Source of the DNA: Bacteroidota bacterium
GTDB lineage: Bacteria; Bacteroidota; Bacteroidia; UKL13-3
Assembly (NCBI GenBank): GCA_947446605.1
Contig: CANFHJ010000002.1
Location: 2,203-66,202 of the forward strand
Length of the DNA stretch: 64,000 nucleotides
Reading direction: 5' to 3'
Shown: piece by piece, positions 38,957 to 48,647 of the stretch
Layout: the number at the start of each line of letters is the position of its first letter
How positions within the stretch are numbered: the stretch's first letter is position 1
Made by a program: the position numbers and the translations under genes
The notes under the pieces: model-generated
What the model was told of the DNA's origin: nothing
What the model saw: only the letters and a program-made list of their open reading frames with translations
The model's database searches: none

Positions 38957-40869
38957 TGACTATCCACAAAATACTTAAGGAATACTGGGGTTTTGATGCA
39001 TTTAGACCCTTACAAGAAGATATTGTTAAGTCAATTCTTTCTGGAAAGGATACATTAGCATTATTGCCTACTGGTGGTGGCAAATCAATTTGTTTTCAAG
39101 TGCCAGCAATGGCAATGGAGGGTTTGTGTTTGGTTATTTCGCCCTTGATTGCATTAATGAAGGATCAGGTGGAGAACCTTGAGGAGCGAGGCATTAAGGC
39201 ACATGCCATTTATGCGGGATTGCATAGACAAGAAATTCAAACTATTTTAAGCAATTGTGTTCACGGGGCTGTTAAATTTTTATACATATCGCCAGAACGC
39301 CTTGGTTCGAGCCTAATTAGGGACCATTTGCATCAAATTAATATTTCATTGCTTGCCATAGATGAAGCACATTGTATTAGTCAGTGGGGTTTTGATTTTA
39401 GACCAGAATACAGAAAAATTATTGAAACAAGGGAATACTTACCCAAAGTGCCTGTTATAGCCTTAACAGCAACTGCAACTGCTAAAGTTGTTGAGGATAT
39501 TCAAACGCAATTAGGCTTTAAACAGGCAAATGTTTTTCGTAAGAGTTTTGAAAGGTTAAACCTTCATTACGTTGTAAGGAAGCAAGAAAACAAATTAGAG
39601 AAAGTTTTAAGCAGCATACAAAAAGCCAGGGGAAGTGGCTTGGTTTATGTTCGTAACCGTAAATTATGCGAAGAAATTGCCAGTTTTTTAATTGCCAATA
39701 ATATTAGTGCTTCCTTTTACCATGCTGGTTTGCAGCCGGAGCTTAGGCAAAAACGACAAGAAGATTGGATTCAAAATAGAACCAGGATAATGGTTTGTAC
39801 CAACGCTTTTGGGATGGGGATTGATAAGCCTGATTGCAGTGTGGTGGTTCATTACGAAATGCCAGATTGTTTAGAGGCCTATTACCAAGAAGCTGGTAGA
39901 GCAGGTAGAAATGGAAAAGCTGCCTTTTGTTTATTGGTGTATCATTCTTCGGATGCCGAAAAAATGAGAAATCGTTTGGAGCAAAGTTTTCCAGAAGAGG
40001 CTATTTTAAAAAGAGTTTACAGTGAATTATGTAGTCATTTTCAATTGCCAATTGACGCCTTAAATGAAGATGGTTTTGATTTTGATATTGGCGTGTTTTC
40101 TAGCCAAATAAAAATGAATCCATTGGTGGTTATGAATGCAATAAAATTATTGTCGCAATTGGATATACTCCATGTCAATGATGCGTTTCATCAATCATCG
40201 CGATTAAAAATGTTGATGAATAGCAATGAACTTTTTGCCTTTCAAAACATTCATACGCCCTACCAAGATTTGGTAAAAATTGTACTTAGGAATTATGGTG
40301 GCATTTTCGATAATTATGTTTCAATAAGTGAAAAGGATTTGGCTATGAAAATTAATTGTTCAGAGATACTAGTAAGGGAGCAATTGGTTAAATTAACTAG
40401 CATAGGTGTGATTGATTATATGCCTCAAAAGGATAATCCGCAGGTATTTATTCATGGCCATAGGGTGGATGCAAATTATTTGAAATTGAACCCAAATCTT
40501 ATTAAAGCACGAAAAGCAATGGAACAGGATAAGTTGGAGGCAATGATTCATTATGCCGAAAACGATGTTCAGTGTAGGAGCAGGGTATTATTGGATTATT
40601 TTGACGAACACCATGTGATGGATTGCGGTGCATGTGATATTTGCAAAGAAAAAAACAACAGCATTTGGCCTGAGGAAAAAATGAAGCAGTTAATTGGTAA
40701 CTTAAATCAACTGCAAAGAAATATAGATTGGCAAATTAAGGACTTGTGCCGCGCTTTGCCTCAATTTAAGGAAGAGGAATTGGTTCGCGCATTTCGTATT
40801 TTATTGGATAAAGGTATATTGCACCTGAATGAACAACAATGTATAAGTTGGATAAAAAGCCATTCATAG
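38956..40869 (+). CDS. recQ: RecQ-family ATP-dependent DNA helicase
   Basis: 637 aa with LPTGGGKS, LLAIDEAHCISQWGFDFRP and a Zn-binding Cys cluster (CRSRVLLDYF...MDCGACDIC). The GTG start overlaps the lolD stop (TAGTG). Confidence 0.85.
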   Translation: MTIHKILKEYWGFDAFRPLQEDIVKSILSGKDTLALLPTGGGKSICFQVPAMAMEGLCLVISPLIALMKDQVENLEERGIKAHAIYAGLHRQEIQTILSNCVHGAVKFLYISPERLGSSLIRDHLHQINISLLAIDEAHCISQWGFDFRPEYRKIIETREYLPKVPVIALTATATAKVVEDIQTQLGFKQANVFRKSFERLNLHYVVRKQENKLEKVLSSIQKARGSGLVYVRNRKLCEEIASFLIANNISASFYHAGLQPELRQKRQEDWIQNRTRIMVCTNAFGMGIDKPDCSVVVHYEMPDCLEAYYQEAGRAGRNGKAAFCLLVYHSSDAEKMRNRLEQSFPEEAILKRVYSELCSHFQLPIDALNEDGFDFDIGVFSSQIKMNPLVVMNAIKLLSQLDILHVNDAFHQSSRLKMLMNSNELFAFQNIHTPYQDLVKIVLRNYGGIFDNYVSISEKDLAMKINCSEILVREQLVKLTSIGVIDYMPQKDNPQVFIHGHRVDANYLKLNPNLIKARKAMEQDKLEAMIHYAENDVQCRSRVLLDYFDEHHVMDCGACDICKEKNNSIWPEEKMKQLIGNLNQLQRNIDWQIKDLCRALPQFKEEELVRAFRILLDKGILHLNEQQCISWIKSHS

Positions 40870-41939
40870 TTTTTACGGTAACCAACGATCTAAGTTACGA
40901 TCAAAGGATGCAACGCCATGCGAGAACATTGGTGGATGCAGGCTTTGAAGTATTATTAGTTGGTAGGGTGCGCAAGTTTTCTAAACCAATATTAGAGGAT
41001 GTTTTCCTTCAAAAAAGGATTAAGTGCTTTTTTGAAAAGGGAAAGTTTTTTTACCTAGAATACAATTTACGACTCTTTTTTTTCTTGTTGTTTTGTAAGG
41101 CTAGTATTTATGCTGCAGTAGATTTAGATACCTTGTTTCCTCATTTATTGGTGTCAATCTTGAAGCAAAAGAAATTGGTTTTTGATGCGCATGAATATTT
41201 CACCGAAGTGCCAGAAGTGGCCAACAGACCTTTTACCAGAGCCGTTTGGCATAAGTTGGCAAAGCTTGCTATTCCATTTACAGATTTACGTTATACCGTA
41301 GGACCTTCATTGGCAAAGGAGCTTGAGCGCATTTATCACCTTCCTTTTTATTCAATAATGAATGTGCCGGCTTTGGTTCGAACCGAAAACAAAAAAAAGC
41401 CTGAGGAGAAAATTATTCTATACCAAGGCGCATTGAATGAAGGCAGGTGTTTGGTACAATTAATAAATGCCATGAAATCAATTGAAGCCATTTTATGGAT
41501 TGCTGGCGAGGGCGATTTAAGCAATGAATTAAGAACATTGGTGAATCAAAATAATTTGCAAAACAAAGTTGTATTTCTAGGTTTTATTTTACCTTCAGAA
41601 TTGCCAAAGCTAACAGAGATGGCCTATTTAGGGTTTAATGTTTTAGCACCAAATGGTTTGAGTTATCAGTTTTCATTGGCCAATAAATATTTTGATTATA
41701 TACATGCTTCCATACCTCAATTGTGTTCGCCATTTATAGAATATGAAACTTTAAATGAAGTTAATGAGGTTGCGCTATTGTCATTGTGGGATGAAAATTC
41801 AATTGCTCAAAATTTAAATAAGTTGCTTACGGATAAGGAATTATATTTAAGACTTCAAAATAATTGTTTAAAAGCAGCGCAGGAATATAATTTGCAACTT
41901 GAATCATGCAAATTGGTTCAACTTTACCAAGCATTGTAA
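40839..41939 (+). CDS. glycosyltransferase (GT-B fold)
   Basis: 366 aa. Overlaps the recQ 3' end by 31 nt and has a GT1-like C-terminal half. Contains palindrome copy 6. Confidence 0.55.
   Translation: MYKLDKKPFIVFTVTNDLSYDQRMQRHARTLVDAGFEVLLVGRVRKFSKPILEDVFLQKRIKCFFEKGKFFYLEYNLRLFFFLLFCKASIYAAVDLDTLFPHLLVSILKQKKLVFDAHEYFTEVPEVANRPFTRAVWHKLAKLAIPFTDLRYTVGPSLAKELERIYHLPFYSIMNVPALVRTENKKKPEEKIILYQGALNEGRCLVQLINAMKSIEAILWIAGEGDLSNELRTLVNQNNLQNKVVFLGFILPSELPKLTEMAYLGFNVLAPNGLSYQFSLANKYFDYIHASIPQLCSPFIEYETLNEVNEVALLSLWDENSIAQNLNKLLTDKELYLRLQNNCLKAAQEYNLQLESCKLVQLYQAL
41373..41386. repeat. iterated palindrome copy 6, TTGGTTCGAACCGA
   Basis: Read directly. Encodes VRT in 40839..41939. Confidence 0.95.
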
Positions 41940-43055
41940 TTGAAAAAAAAGGCCCATATTATTTCATTCGATATTCCATTTCCAGCAAATTACGGCGGGG
42001 TAATTGATGTGTTTTATCGCTTGAAGGCATTGAGCGAACAGGGTTTAGATATTACCTTACATTGCTTTGAATATGGCGATAGATCTAGGCAAGCTGAATT
42101 AGAAAAGTATTGCAGTAAGGTATATTACTACCCAAGAAAGAAATTCGTTTATCAATTTTGGCTTCCCTATATTGTAAGTAGCAGGTCGAGTAAAGAGTTG
42201 TTAAATAATTTAATTTTAGACGATTCTCCAATTTTATTTGAGGCATTGCATAGCTGTTATTTATTGAACCATCCTGCGCTATTAGGTAGACAAAAAATAG
42301 TTCGCATGCACAATATTGAGCATGATTATTATGCTTTATTGGCCTTATCGGAGAAGAATTTATTTAAAAGATTCTATTATAAATTTGAGGCCTGGCTTTT
42401 AGAGCGCTATGAAAATGTATTGGATCGAGCCAATATTATTTTAGCAATATCTGAAAAGGACCGAAAACAAATGGCCAAGAGATTTGGAGAAAAAGTGTTG
42501 TTAATGCCAGCATTTCATGGCAATGACAAAGTTTCTTGTAAGGCAGGTAAAGGTGATTATTGTTTTTATCATGGTAAATTAAGTGTGGCCGAAAACCACC
42601 AAGCCGCGATGTTTTTGGTTAAGGAGGTGTTTTCTAAAACGAAAACCAAACTTTTTATCGCTGGAGATGGCTATTCAGCTTCCTTGGAAAATGCAATTCA
42701 GAAACAGGAAAATGTTAGTCTTTTGAAGAATTTGAGTCCAGTAGAAATAGAAAACCATATTAAAAATGCACAGGTAAATGTATTAACTACTTTTCAAGCT
42801 ACTGGCATTAAATTAAAATTAGTAAACGTTTTATACAATGGCAGATTTATAGTAGTAAATACGCCAATGGTAATTGAAAGCGGACTTGAAGATGCTTGTC
42901 GTATCAAAGATTTACCAGCAGATATGGCCAAGGAAATAGAAGCTTGCATGGAGCAAACTTTTACAGAGGAAGATATTATAAAACGAAATAAAGTTCTTGG
43001 ATCCCAATTTGATGTTGGAACAAATGCGAGGCAGATTATAGGCTTGTTCCGTTAA
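41940..43055 (+). CDS. glycosyltransferase family 1-like
   Basis: 371 aa. The TTG start follows the previous stop directly. N-terminus ISFDIPFPANYGGVIDVF. Confidence 0.55.
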   Translation: MKKKAHIISFDIPFPANYGGVIDVFYRLKALSEQGLDITLHCFEYGDRSRQAELEKYCSKVYYYPRKKFVYQFWLPYIVSSRSSKELLNNLILDDSPILFEALHSCYLLNHPALLGRQKIVRMHNIEHDYYALLALSEKNLFKRFYYKFEAWLLERYENVLDRANIILAISEKDRKQMAKRFGEKVLLMPAFHGNDKVSCKAGKGDYCFYHGKLSVAENHQAAMFLVKEVFSKTKTKLFIAGDGYSASLENAIQKQENVSLLKNLSPVEIENHIKNAQVNVLTTFQATGIKLKLVNVLYNGRFIVVNTPMVIESGLEDACRIKDLPADMAKEIEACMEQTFTEEDIIKRNKVLGSQFDVGTNARQIIGLFR

Positions 43056-43743
43056 TCTCCTTTAATAATTTATTGTTTTGAACCTTACCGGCTTCACAAC
43101 GAATAATATTTGCTGGGAATTTTTCTAAAATTCGGTAATCATGTGTTGCCATTAAAACTGCAGTACCACTTTCACATATTTTATGTAATAGGAGCAAGAT
43201 ATCATCACTTGTTTTAGGGTCTAAATTTCCAGTAGGCTCATCTGCTAAAATAACCTCAGGCTTATTGAGCAATGCTCTGGCAATTGCAACGCGCTGCTGT
43301 TCGCCACCACTCAATTCAAAGGGCATTTTATGCGATTTTGTATTTAGTCCAACCATATCTAATACTTCTTTTATACGGAGGTCCATTTCATCTTGTTTTT
43401 TCCAACCAGTAGCACTCAAAACAAAGTTGAGGTTATCATGGATATTTCTATCAAAAAGTAATTGGAAATCTTGGAAAACAACACCAAGTTTTCTTCGTAA
43501 ATGCGGAATATTGGAACGTTTAAGTTTGGTTAATTCAATTCCAGCGATATTACCAGCACCTTTTATAATGGGCAATTCACCATATAAAACTTTAAGAAGC
43601 GAGCTTTTACCACTTCCTGTTGAACCAATTAAATAGTGGAATTCGGCCGCACAAATCTCTAAACAAACTTCAGACAGAATAAGGTTGTCTTGTTGGAAAA
43701 TGCTAACATTATCTAATGTTATAATGGGCTTTTTACTTGTCAT
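43036..43743 (-). CDS. ftsE: cell-division ABC ATPase FtsE-like
   Basis: 235 aa with Walker A GSTGSGKSS, signature LSGGEQQR and Walker B ILADEPTG. Confidence 0.65.
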   Translation of the reverse strand: MTSKKPIITLDNVSIFQQDNLILSEVCLEICAAEFHYLIGSTGSGKSSLLKVLYGELPIIKGAGNIAGIELTKLKRSNIPHLRRKLGVVFQDFQLLFDRNIHDNLNFVLSATGWKKQDEMDLRIKEVLDMVGLNTKSHKMPFELSGGEQQRVAIARALLNKPEVILADEPTGNLDPKTSDDILLLLHKICESGTAVLMATHDYRILEKFPANIIRCEAGKVQNNKLLKEINGTSL

Positions 43744-43945
43744 TTAATTCTAATTTAGTCATTTGGCCAAAGGGAATGGCATGCATTAATTCTTTAATTT
43801 TTTCAATTTGAGAGCCCAGCCCACATTTTTCTAATGCTTTTTCTGGCCTGTCTGTGCGTGTATAGGCTATTAGCGTGAATTGCTCATCCCTCACTTGTAG
43901 GTAATCTGGAATTTTGGCTTTGCCTTTTATTTTAATAATATACAA
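43733..43945 (-). CDS. small hypothetical protein, 70 aa
   Basis: ORF only. Overlaps the ftsE start by 11 nt. Confidence 0.3.
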   Translation of the reverse strand: MYIIKIKGKAKIPDYLQVRDEQFTLIAYTRTDRPEKALEKCGLGSQIEKIKELMHAIPFGQMTKLELNDK

Positions 43946-44012
43946 AATATGAGAATTATTTTTTTATTCTTTCTTGCAATAACTTATAATTGCGCAACAA
44001 AAATAAATAACA

Positions 44013-45743
44013 ATGAAGGATTTTTTCCAAAAAGTTCTACCAATCGGTTTAGCCGCGTCGGTTTTTCTAGCCGCTTGTAGTGGACCAAATTTTACAAAAA
44101 GTAAATACAGTGTAACACCAAATCCACTTGAGATGAGAGGGGATTCGGTAAGTGTTGCTATTAGTGGCAGTGTTGCTCCTAAAACATTTCCTGCAGGTGC
44201 TTTGGTTACTTTTCAGCCGTATTTAAAAACTAAAGACGGTAAAGAAATTTCTTTGAAAAGCTTTACTGTAAAAGGTGAGAAAGCCAAAGGAGCAGCAGAT
44301 TTTACAATTAATTCAAAGCTTGGAGGTACAGTTAGTTATTCGGATAAAATTCCTTATACAGCTGATTTGAAAAACGTGAAAATGTATCCACGTTATACCT
44401 ACAAAACCAAAGTTGTTAAGGTTCCAGATAGCGTAATGGTTATTGGTACACAAACAACTGCAAGCATGTTAATGTATACTAATGAATACAAAGTAGGAAC
44501 AGATGTATACCAACCAGAAATTAGTAATAAGTCGGTTAGTATCTATTTTCCGATGGATGTGGATAAATTTAACCCTAACTTTAAAGTTGGTAAAAGCTTA
44601 AATAACAAAACTCAAATTGCAGCATTGAAAAACCTATTGAAAGCTGATCCATATTGGATTATCAGAGGTATTTCAATAAATGCCTATGCTTCTCCTGATG
44701 GTGAGTTAGAAAGAAACAGTAACCTCTCAAAAGGTCGTTCTTCATCTACCTTTGCCTATTTCAGAAAAGAATTAAAGAAATTGGGATTTGCAGAAGTTAA
44801 CGATAGTAATTTTAGTATGGGGTATATGTTGGCTGAAGATTGGAAAGGTTATGCTGCTGAATTGGCACTTTCTAATTTTGCTGATAAGGATGCTATGATT
44901 GCCATAGTAAACAATACAAACATTAGCGATGATGAGCGTGAGGCTCAATTGCGCAAGGATTACAAAAAATCTTGGGAAAAATCAGCAACAACTATTTTGC
45001 CTAAATTACGTAAATCTGAATTGGTAGTAATTGGTAACAAGCCATTTAAAACTGAAGCAGAATTATTGAATTATTATGGAAAATATGAGCAATTAACAAA
45101 TAATGAATTGTATCATTTGTCAGTTATTACTACAGATTTGAAACAAAAAGAAGCTGTTTTAATTGCTTATACAACTAGAGTTGCCGACGATTGGAGAGGT
45201 TTTAATGATTTAGCTGTAGTGAATATGAAGTCTAATAACATTAATGATGCAGGTAATAATTTGAATAAAGCAAATGAACTAAGTGCAAACAATGGTGTAG
45301 TTTTAGCTAACTTAGGTGCTTTGGCTCGTGCCAAAGGAGATAATGTTACTGCTCGTTCATATTACCAAAAAGCTGCAGATAATGGTGCAAACACGTATTA
45401 TAATTTAGGTGTATTTGATGTTAAAGCGGGCAACTACGCTTCAGCTGTTAGTAATTTTGGCAAAAGCGGTAAATCAGATTTCAATACAGCCTTAGCGCAA
45501 TTGATGAATGGTGATGCCAATGGCGCAAAAACTACTATTGATAATTTAAATGTAGACGAATTAAATTGGGCTCATTACTACTTAAGAGCTATTTGTGGTG
45601 CAAGAATGAACAACCAAGATGTTTGTACCACTAACTTAGCACAGGCCGTTGCTAAAAATGCAGATGCAAGAACTATGGCAAAAGACGATATCGAATTTGT
45701 AAAATTCTTCAAAAATCCATTGTTTGAAGCTGCAATTCGCTAA
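44013..45743 (+). CDS. lipoprotein with OmpA-like motif and C-terminal TPR-like repeats
   Basis: Lipobox FLAAC-SG. The motif AYASPDGELERNSNLSKGRS resembles the OmpA-family peptidoglycan-binding core. The C-terminal repeats are Ala/Asn-rich and TPR-like. Confidence 0.5.
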   Translation: MKDFFQKVLPIGLAASVFLAACSGPNFTKSKYSVTPNPLEMRGDSVSVAISGSVAPKTFPAGALVTFQPYLKTKDGKEISLKSFTVKGEKAKGAADFTINSKLGGTVSYSDKIPYTADLKNVKMYPRYTYKTKVVKVPDSVMVIGTQTTASMLMYTNEYKVGTDVYQPEISNKSVSIYFPMDVDKFNPNFKVGKSLNNKTQIAALKNLLKADPYWIIRGISINAYASPDGELERNSNLSKGRSSSTFAYFRKELKKLGFAEVNDSNFSMGYMLAEDWKGYAAELALSNFADKDAMIAIVNNTNISDDEREAQLRKDYKKSWEKSATTILPKLRKSELVVIGNKPFKTEAELLNYYGKYEQLTNNELYHLSVITTDLKQKEAVLIAYTTRVADDWRGFNDLAVVNMKSNNINDAGNNLNKANELSANNGVVLANLGALARAKGDNVTARSYYQKAADNGANTYYNLGVFDVKAGNYASAVSNFGKSGKSDFNTALAQLMNGDANGAKTTIDNLNVDELNWAHYYLRAICGARMNNQDVCTTNLAQAVAKNADARTMAKDDIEFVKFFKNPLFEAAIR

Positions 45744-45761
45744 TAGATTTTAGAATATTTG

Positions 45762-45795
45762 AAAACCCCGGGGCCAAAAGCTTCGGGGTTTTTTA
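45762..45795 (+). terminator. rho-independent terminator after 44013..45743
   Basis: AAAACCCCG-gggccaaaagctt-CGGGGTTTT followed by a T-run. Confidence 0.8.
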
Positions 45796-45914
45796 TTGTG
45801 TATAATTGTCTTGGCTTTGCTGGTGCAAAACAGGGGTGTTTTCCACAATATTGTGTAAAACACGAAGCTAAGAATCAAATAGGAGTCCGTATCTTAGCAT
45901 CTTCAATAAAGAGT

Positions 45915-47795
45915 ATGGCAGAAGAAGTTGTAAACTATGACGAGAGTAGCATTCGGTCGCTAGATTGGCGAGAACACATCCGTTTGCGTCCAGGTATGTA
46001 CATTGGTAAACTTGGCGATGGTAGTGCCATGGATGATGGTATCTATATCTTGCTCAAAGAAATTATTGACAATTCCATCGATGAATTTGTGATGGGTAAT
46101 GGTCGCCAAATTGATATTAAAATTACCGATAACAAAGCTTTTATCCGCGATTATGGTAGAGGTATTCCATTAGGAAAAGTAATTGAATGCGTTTCTCAAA
46201 TTAATACGGGTGGTAAGTATGATTCTTCTGCCTTTAAAAAATCTGTTGGTTTAAATGGGGTGGGAACTAAAGCTGTAAATGCATTGTCGGCCAATTTTAA
46301 AGCACAATCTTTCCGTGATGGTAAAACCAAAATAGCAGAATTTGAAAAAGGGTTTTTAGTCAGCGAACAGAAATTACAAGATACCATTGAACCCAATGGC
46401 ACGGCCATTACCTTCATTGCAGATGATACCATTTTCAAGCATTTCAAATATATCAATGAATATATTGATAACATGCTTTGGAACTATGTTTACCTTAATT
46501 CTGGTTTAACAATTTGGTTCAACGATAAGAAGTTTTTTTCAAAAGATGGTTTATTGGATTTATTGAAACGCAAAACCAACGAGGAAGCATTGCGTTACCC
46601 AATTATTCACTTGCGTGGAGATGATATAGAAGTGGCCATAACCCACGAAAATCAATATGGTGAAGAGTATTATAGTTTCGTAAATGGGCAGCATACAACG
46701 CAAGGTGGAACACACTTAAATGCCTTCCGTGAAGCCTTTGCAAAAACCATAAGAGACTTTTATAACAAAGATTTTGATCTAGCAGATATTCGTGCAAGTA
46801 TTATAGCAGCCGTTAGTTTAAGGGTGCAGGAACCAGTTTTCGAAAGTCAGACCAAAACAAAATTGGGTTCAGTGAATATGGCCCCAACTGAATCGCCAAC
46901 GGTGCGTCAGTTTGTAATGGATTTCTTCAAGAAGAGTTTGGATGATTTCTTGCACAAACACCCAGAAACGGCTGATGCTATTTTACGTAGGATCAACCAA
47001 AGTGAGCGGGAGCGTAAAGAAATGGCTGGTATTAAGAAGTTGGCCAACGACCGTGCAAAAAAAGCAAATTTACACAACAAGAAATTACGCGATTGTAGGT
47101 ACCATTACAATGAAGCCAAAGATGAGCGTAGGTTCGATACAACTCTTTTTATTACAGAGGGGGATTCTGCTTCTGGATCAATTACTAAAAGTAGAAATGT
47201 AGAATTGCAAGCTGTATTTAGTTTGCGTGGTAAGCCTTTAAATTCATATGGACTAACCAAGAAAATTGTATACGAAAACGAGGAGTTTAATCTTTTGCAA
47301 CATGCGTTAAATATTGAAGAAAGTATTGAAGACTTGCGTTATAATAGAATTGTTGTGGCAACGGATGCCGACGTAGACGGTATGCATATTCGTTTATTAT
47401 TACTCACCTTTTTCCTGCAATTCTTTCCAGATTTAGCTAAGAATGGGCATCTTTATATATTAGAAACACCTTTGTTTAGGGTTCGTAACAAGCAAAAAAC
47501 TATTTATTGTTATACAGAACAAGAGAAGCATGATGCCATTAGACAACTAGGTGTAAGGCCTGAGATCACCCGATTTAAAGGACTTGGTGAGATATCGCCA
47601 AATGAATTTGGGTTGTTTATTGGAGAAGATATGCGTTTGCAACCGGTTGTGTTAACCCCAGATATGCCTATTCAGAAGATGTTGGAATACTATATGGGTA
47701 AAAACACCATGGATCGTCAGGCATTTATTATTGATAATTTAAGAATAGAAAAAGATACCGTTATAGAAGAAGAAGAATTGGAAGAATTGGTTTAA
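45915..47795 (+). CDS. parE: type IIA topoisomerase subunit B (topoisomerase IV ParE-like)
   Basis: 626 aa from ATG 45915 ([31 protein letters not shown]). GHKL ATPase motif EIIDNSIDE and [18 protein letters not shown]. Shorter than a typical GyrB. The track start at 45759 runs through the upstream terminator. Confidence 0.75.
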   Translation: MAEEVVNYDESSIRSLDWREHIRLRPGMYIGKLGDGSAMDDGIYILLKEIIDNSIDEFVMGNGRQIDIKITDNKAFIRDYGRGIPLGKVIECVSQINTGGKYDSSAFKKSVGLNGVGTKAVNALSANFKAQSFRDGKTKIAEFEKGFLVSEQKLQDTIEPNGTAITFIADDTIFKHFKYINEYIDNMLWNYVYLNSGLTIWFNDKKFFSKDGLLDLLKRKTNEEALRYPIIHLRGDDIEVAITHENQYGEEYYSFVNGQHTTQGGTHLNAFREAFAKTIRDFYNKDFDLADIRASIIAAVSLRVQEPVFESQTKTKLGSVNMAPTESPTVRQFVMDFFKKSLDDFLHKHPETADAILRRINQSERERKEMAGIKKLANDRAKKANLHNKKLRDCRYHYNEAKDERRFDTTLFITEGDSASGSITKSRNVELQAVFSLRGKPLNSYGLTKKIVYENEEFNLLQHALNIEESIEDLRYNRIVVATDADVDGMHIRLLLLTFFLQFFPDLAKNGHLYILETPLFRVRNKQKTIYCYTEQEKHDAIRQLGVRPEITRFKGLGEISPNEFGLFIGEDMRLQPVVLTPDMPIQKMLEYYMGKNTMDRQAFIIDNLRIEKDTVIEEEELEELV

Positions 47796-48646
47796 TTCTG
47801 CTCAGCAATAATTCTTTGTTCGCCGCAATACACATTGAAGCGTTGTTCTCTTAAAAAACCAATCAATGTGATATCGTTTTCTTTTGCAAGGTCTAATGCT
47901 AAACTGCTAGGAGCGCCAACTGATGCAACAATTGGAATACCTGCCATTGCTGCTTTTTGAATTAATTCAAAACTGGCGCGTCCACTTAGTAATAATATGC
48001 TTTCTTTAAAACTGTTTTGGTTCGAACCGATGTTAGCGCCAATGAGTTTGTCTAAGGCATTGTGCCTACCAACATCTTCTCTGCTTAATAACAATTCACC
48101 CTTTTTATCAAATAATGCGCAGGCATGCAATCCACCTGTATAGGCAAAAACTTGTTGCAGGTTTTTAAGTGCTTCTGGGAGCTTCAATAGGAGAGAAGGA
48201 GAAATGGGAAAGTCGGCCTTTTTGCTTTTGTCACATTGCTGGTAAACTGCATCAATACTAGCTTTTCCGCATACGCCGCAACTTGATGTGGTGTAGAAAT
48301 TTCTTTGTAATTTACTTAAATCAAAATCAATTTGATCATTGAGTTCAACCCTAACAACATTGTAATTATTTTCTTTTGTTTGAAGTTCTGTACAATACTG
48401 AATACTACTAATGGCATCTTTGTCTTTGATAATTCCTTCGGTGAATAAAAAGCCTAAAGCCAATTCAAAATCATTTCCAGGCGTACGCATGGTTACCGCA
48501 ATTTTCTTTTGTTCGCGCTTATCTATGGAACCAAAACCCAAACGGATTTCTAAAGGTTCTTCAACTGCCAACAAATCTTCCTTATAGGTAGGCAAGCCAT
48601 TTTCAAAACGAATGAGGCGCGTTGCAGCAACAGCAGGTTTATTCAT
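47792..48646 (-). CDS. fdhD: formate dehydrogenase accessory sulfurtransferase FdhD
   Basis: [13 protein letters not shown] motif and Cys pair SSCGVCG. ATG at 48646 lies 1 nt after the upstream stop. Contains palindrome copy 7. Confidence 0.8.
   Translation of the reverse strand: MNKPAVAATRLIRFENGLPTYKEDLLAVEEPLEIRLGFGSIDKREQKKIAVTMRTPGNDFELALGFLFTEGIIKDKDAISSIQYCTELQTKENNYNVVRVELNDQIDFDLSKLQRNFYTTSSCGVCGKASIDAVYQQCDKSKKADFPISPSLLLKLPEALKNLQQVFAYTGGLHACALFDKKGELLLSREDVGRHNALDKLIGANIGSNQNSFKESILLLSGRASFELIQKAAMAGIPIVASVGAPSSLALDLAKENDITLIGFLREQRFNVYCGEQRIIAEQN
48017..48030. repeat. iterated palindrome copy 7, TTGGTTCGAACCGA
   Basis: Read directly. Encodes GSN on the minus strand in fdhD. Confidence 0.95.
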
Positions 48647-48647
48647 T

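Noticed and set aside
43265-43636. 123-aa plus-strand ORF
   Set aside because: It is antisense to the ftsE-like ABC ATPase, which has complete Walker A, signature and Walker B motifs.
45759-45914. N-terminal 52-aa extension of the parE-like ORF in the track
   Set aside because: The extension reads straight through the rho-independent terminator of the upstream gene (45762..45795). The conserved topoisomerase N-terminus begins at the ATG at 45915.
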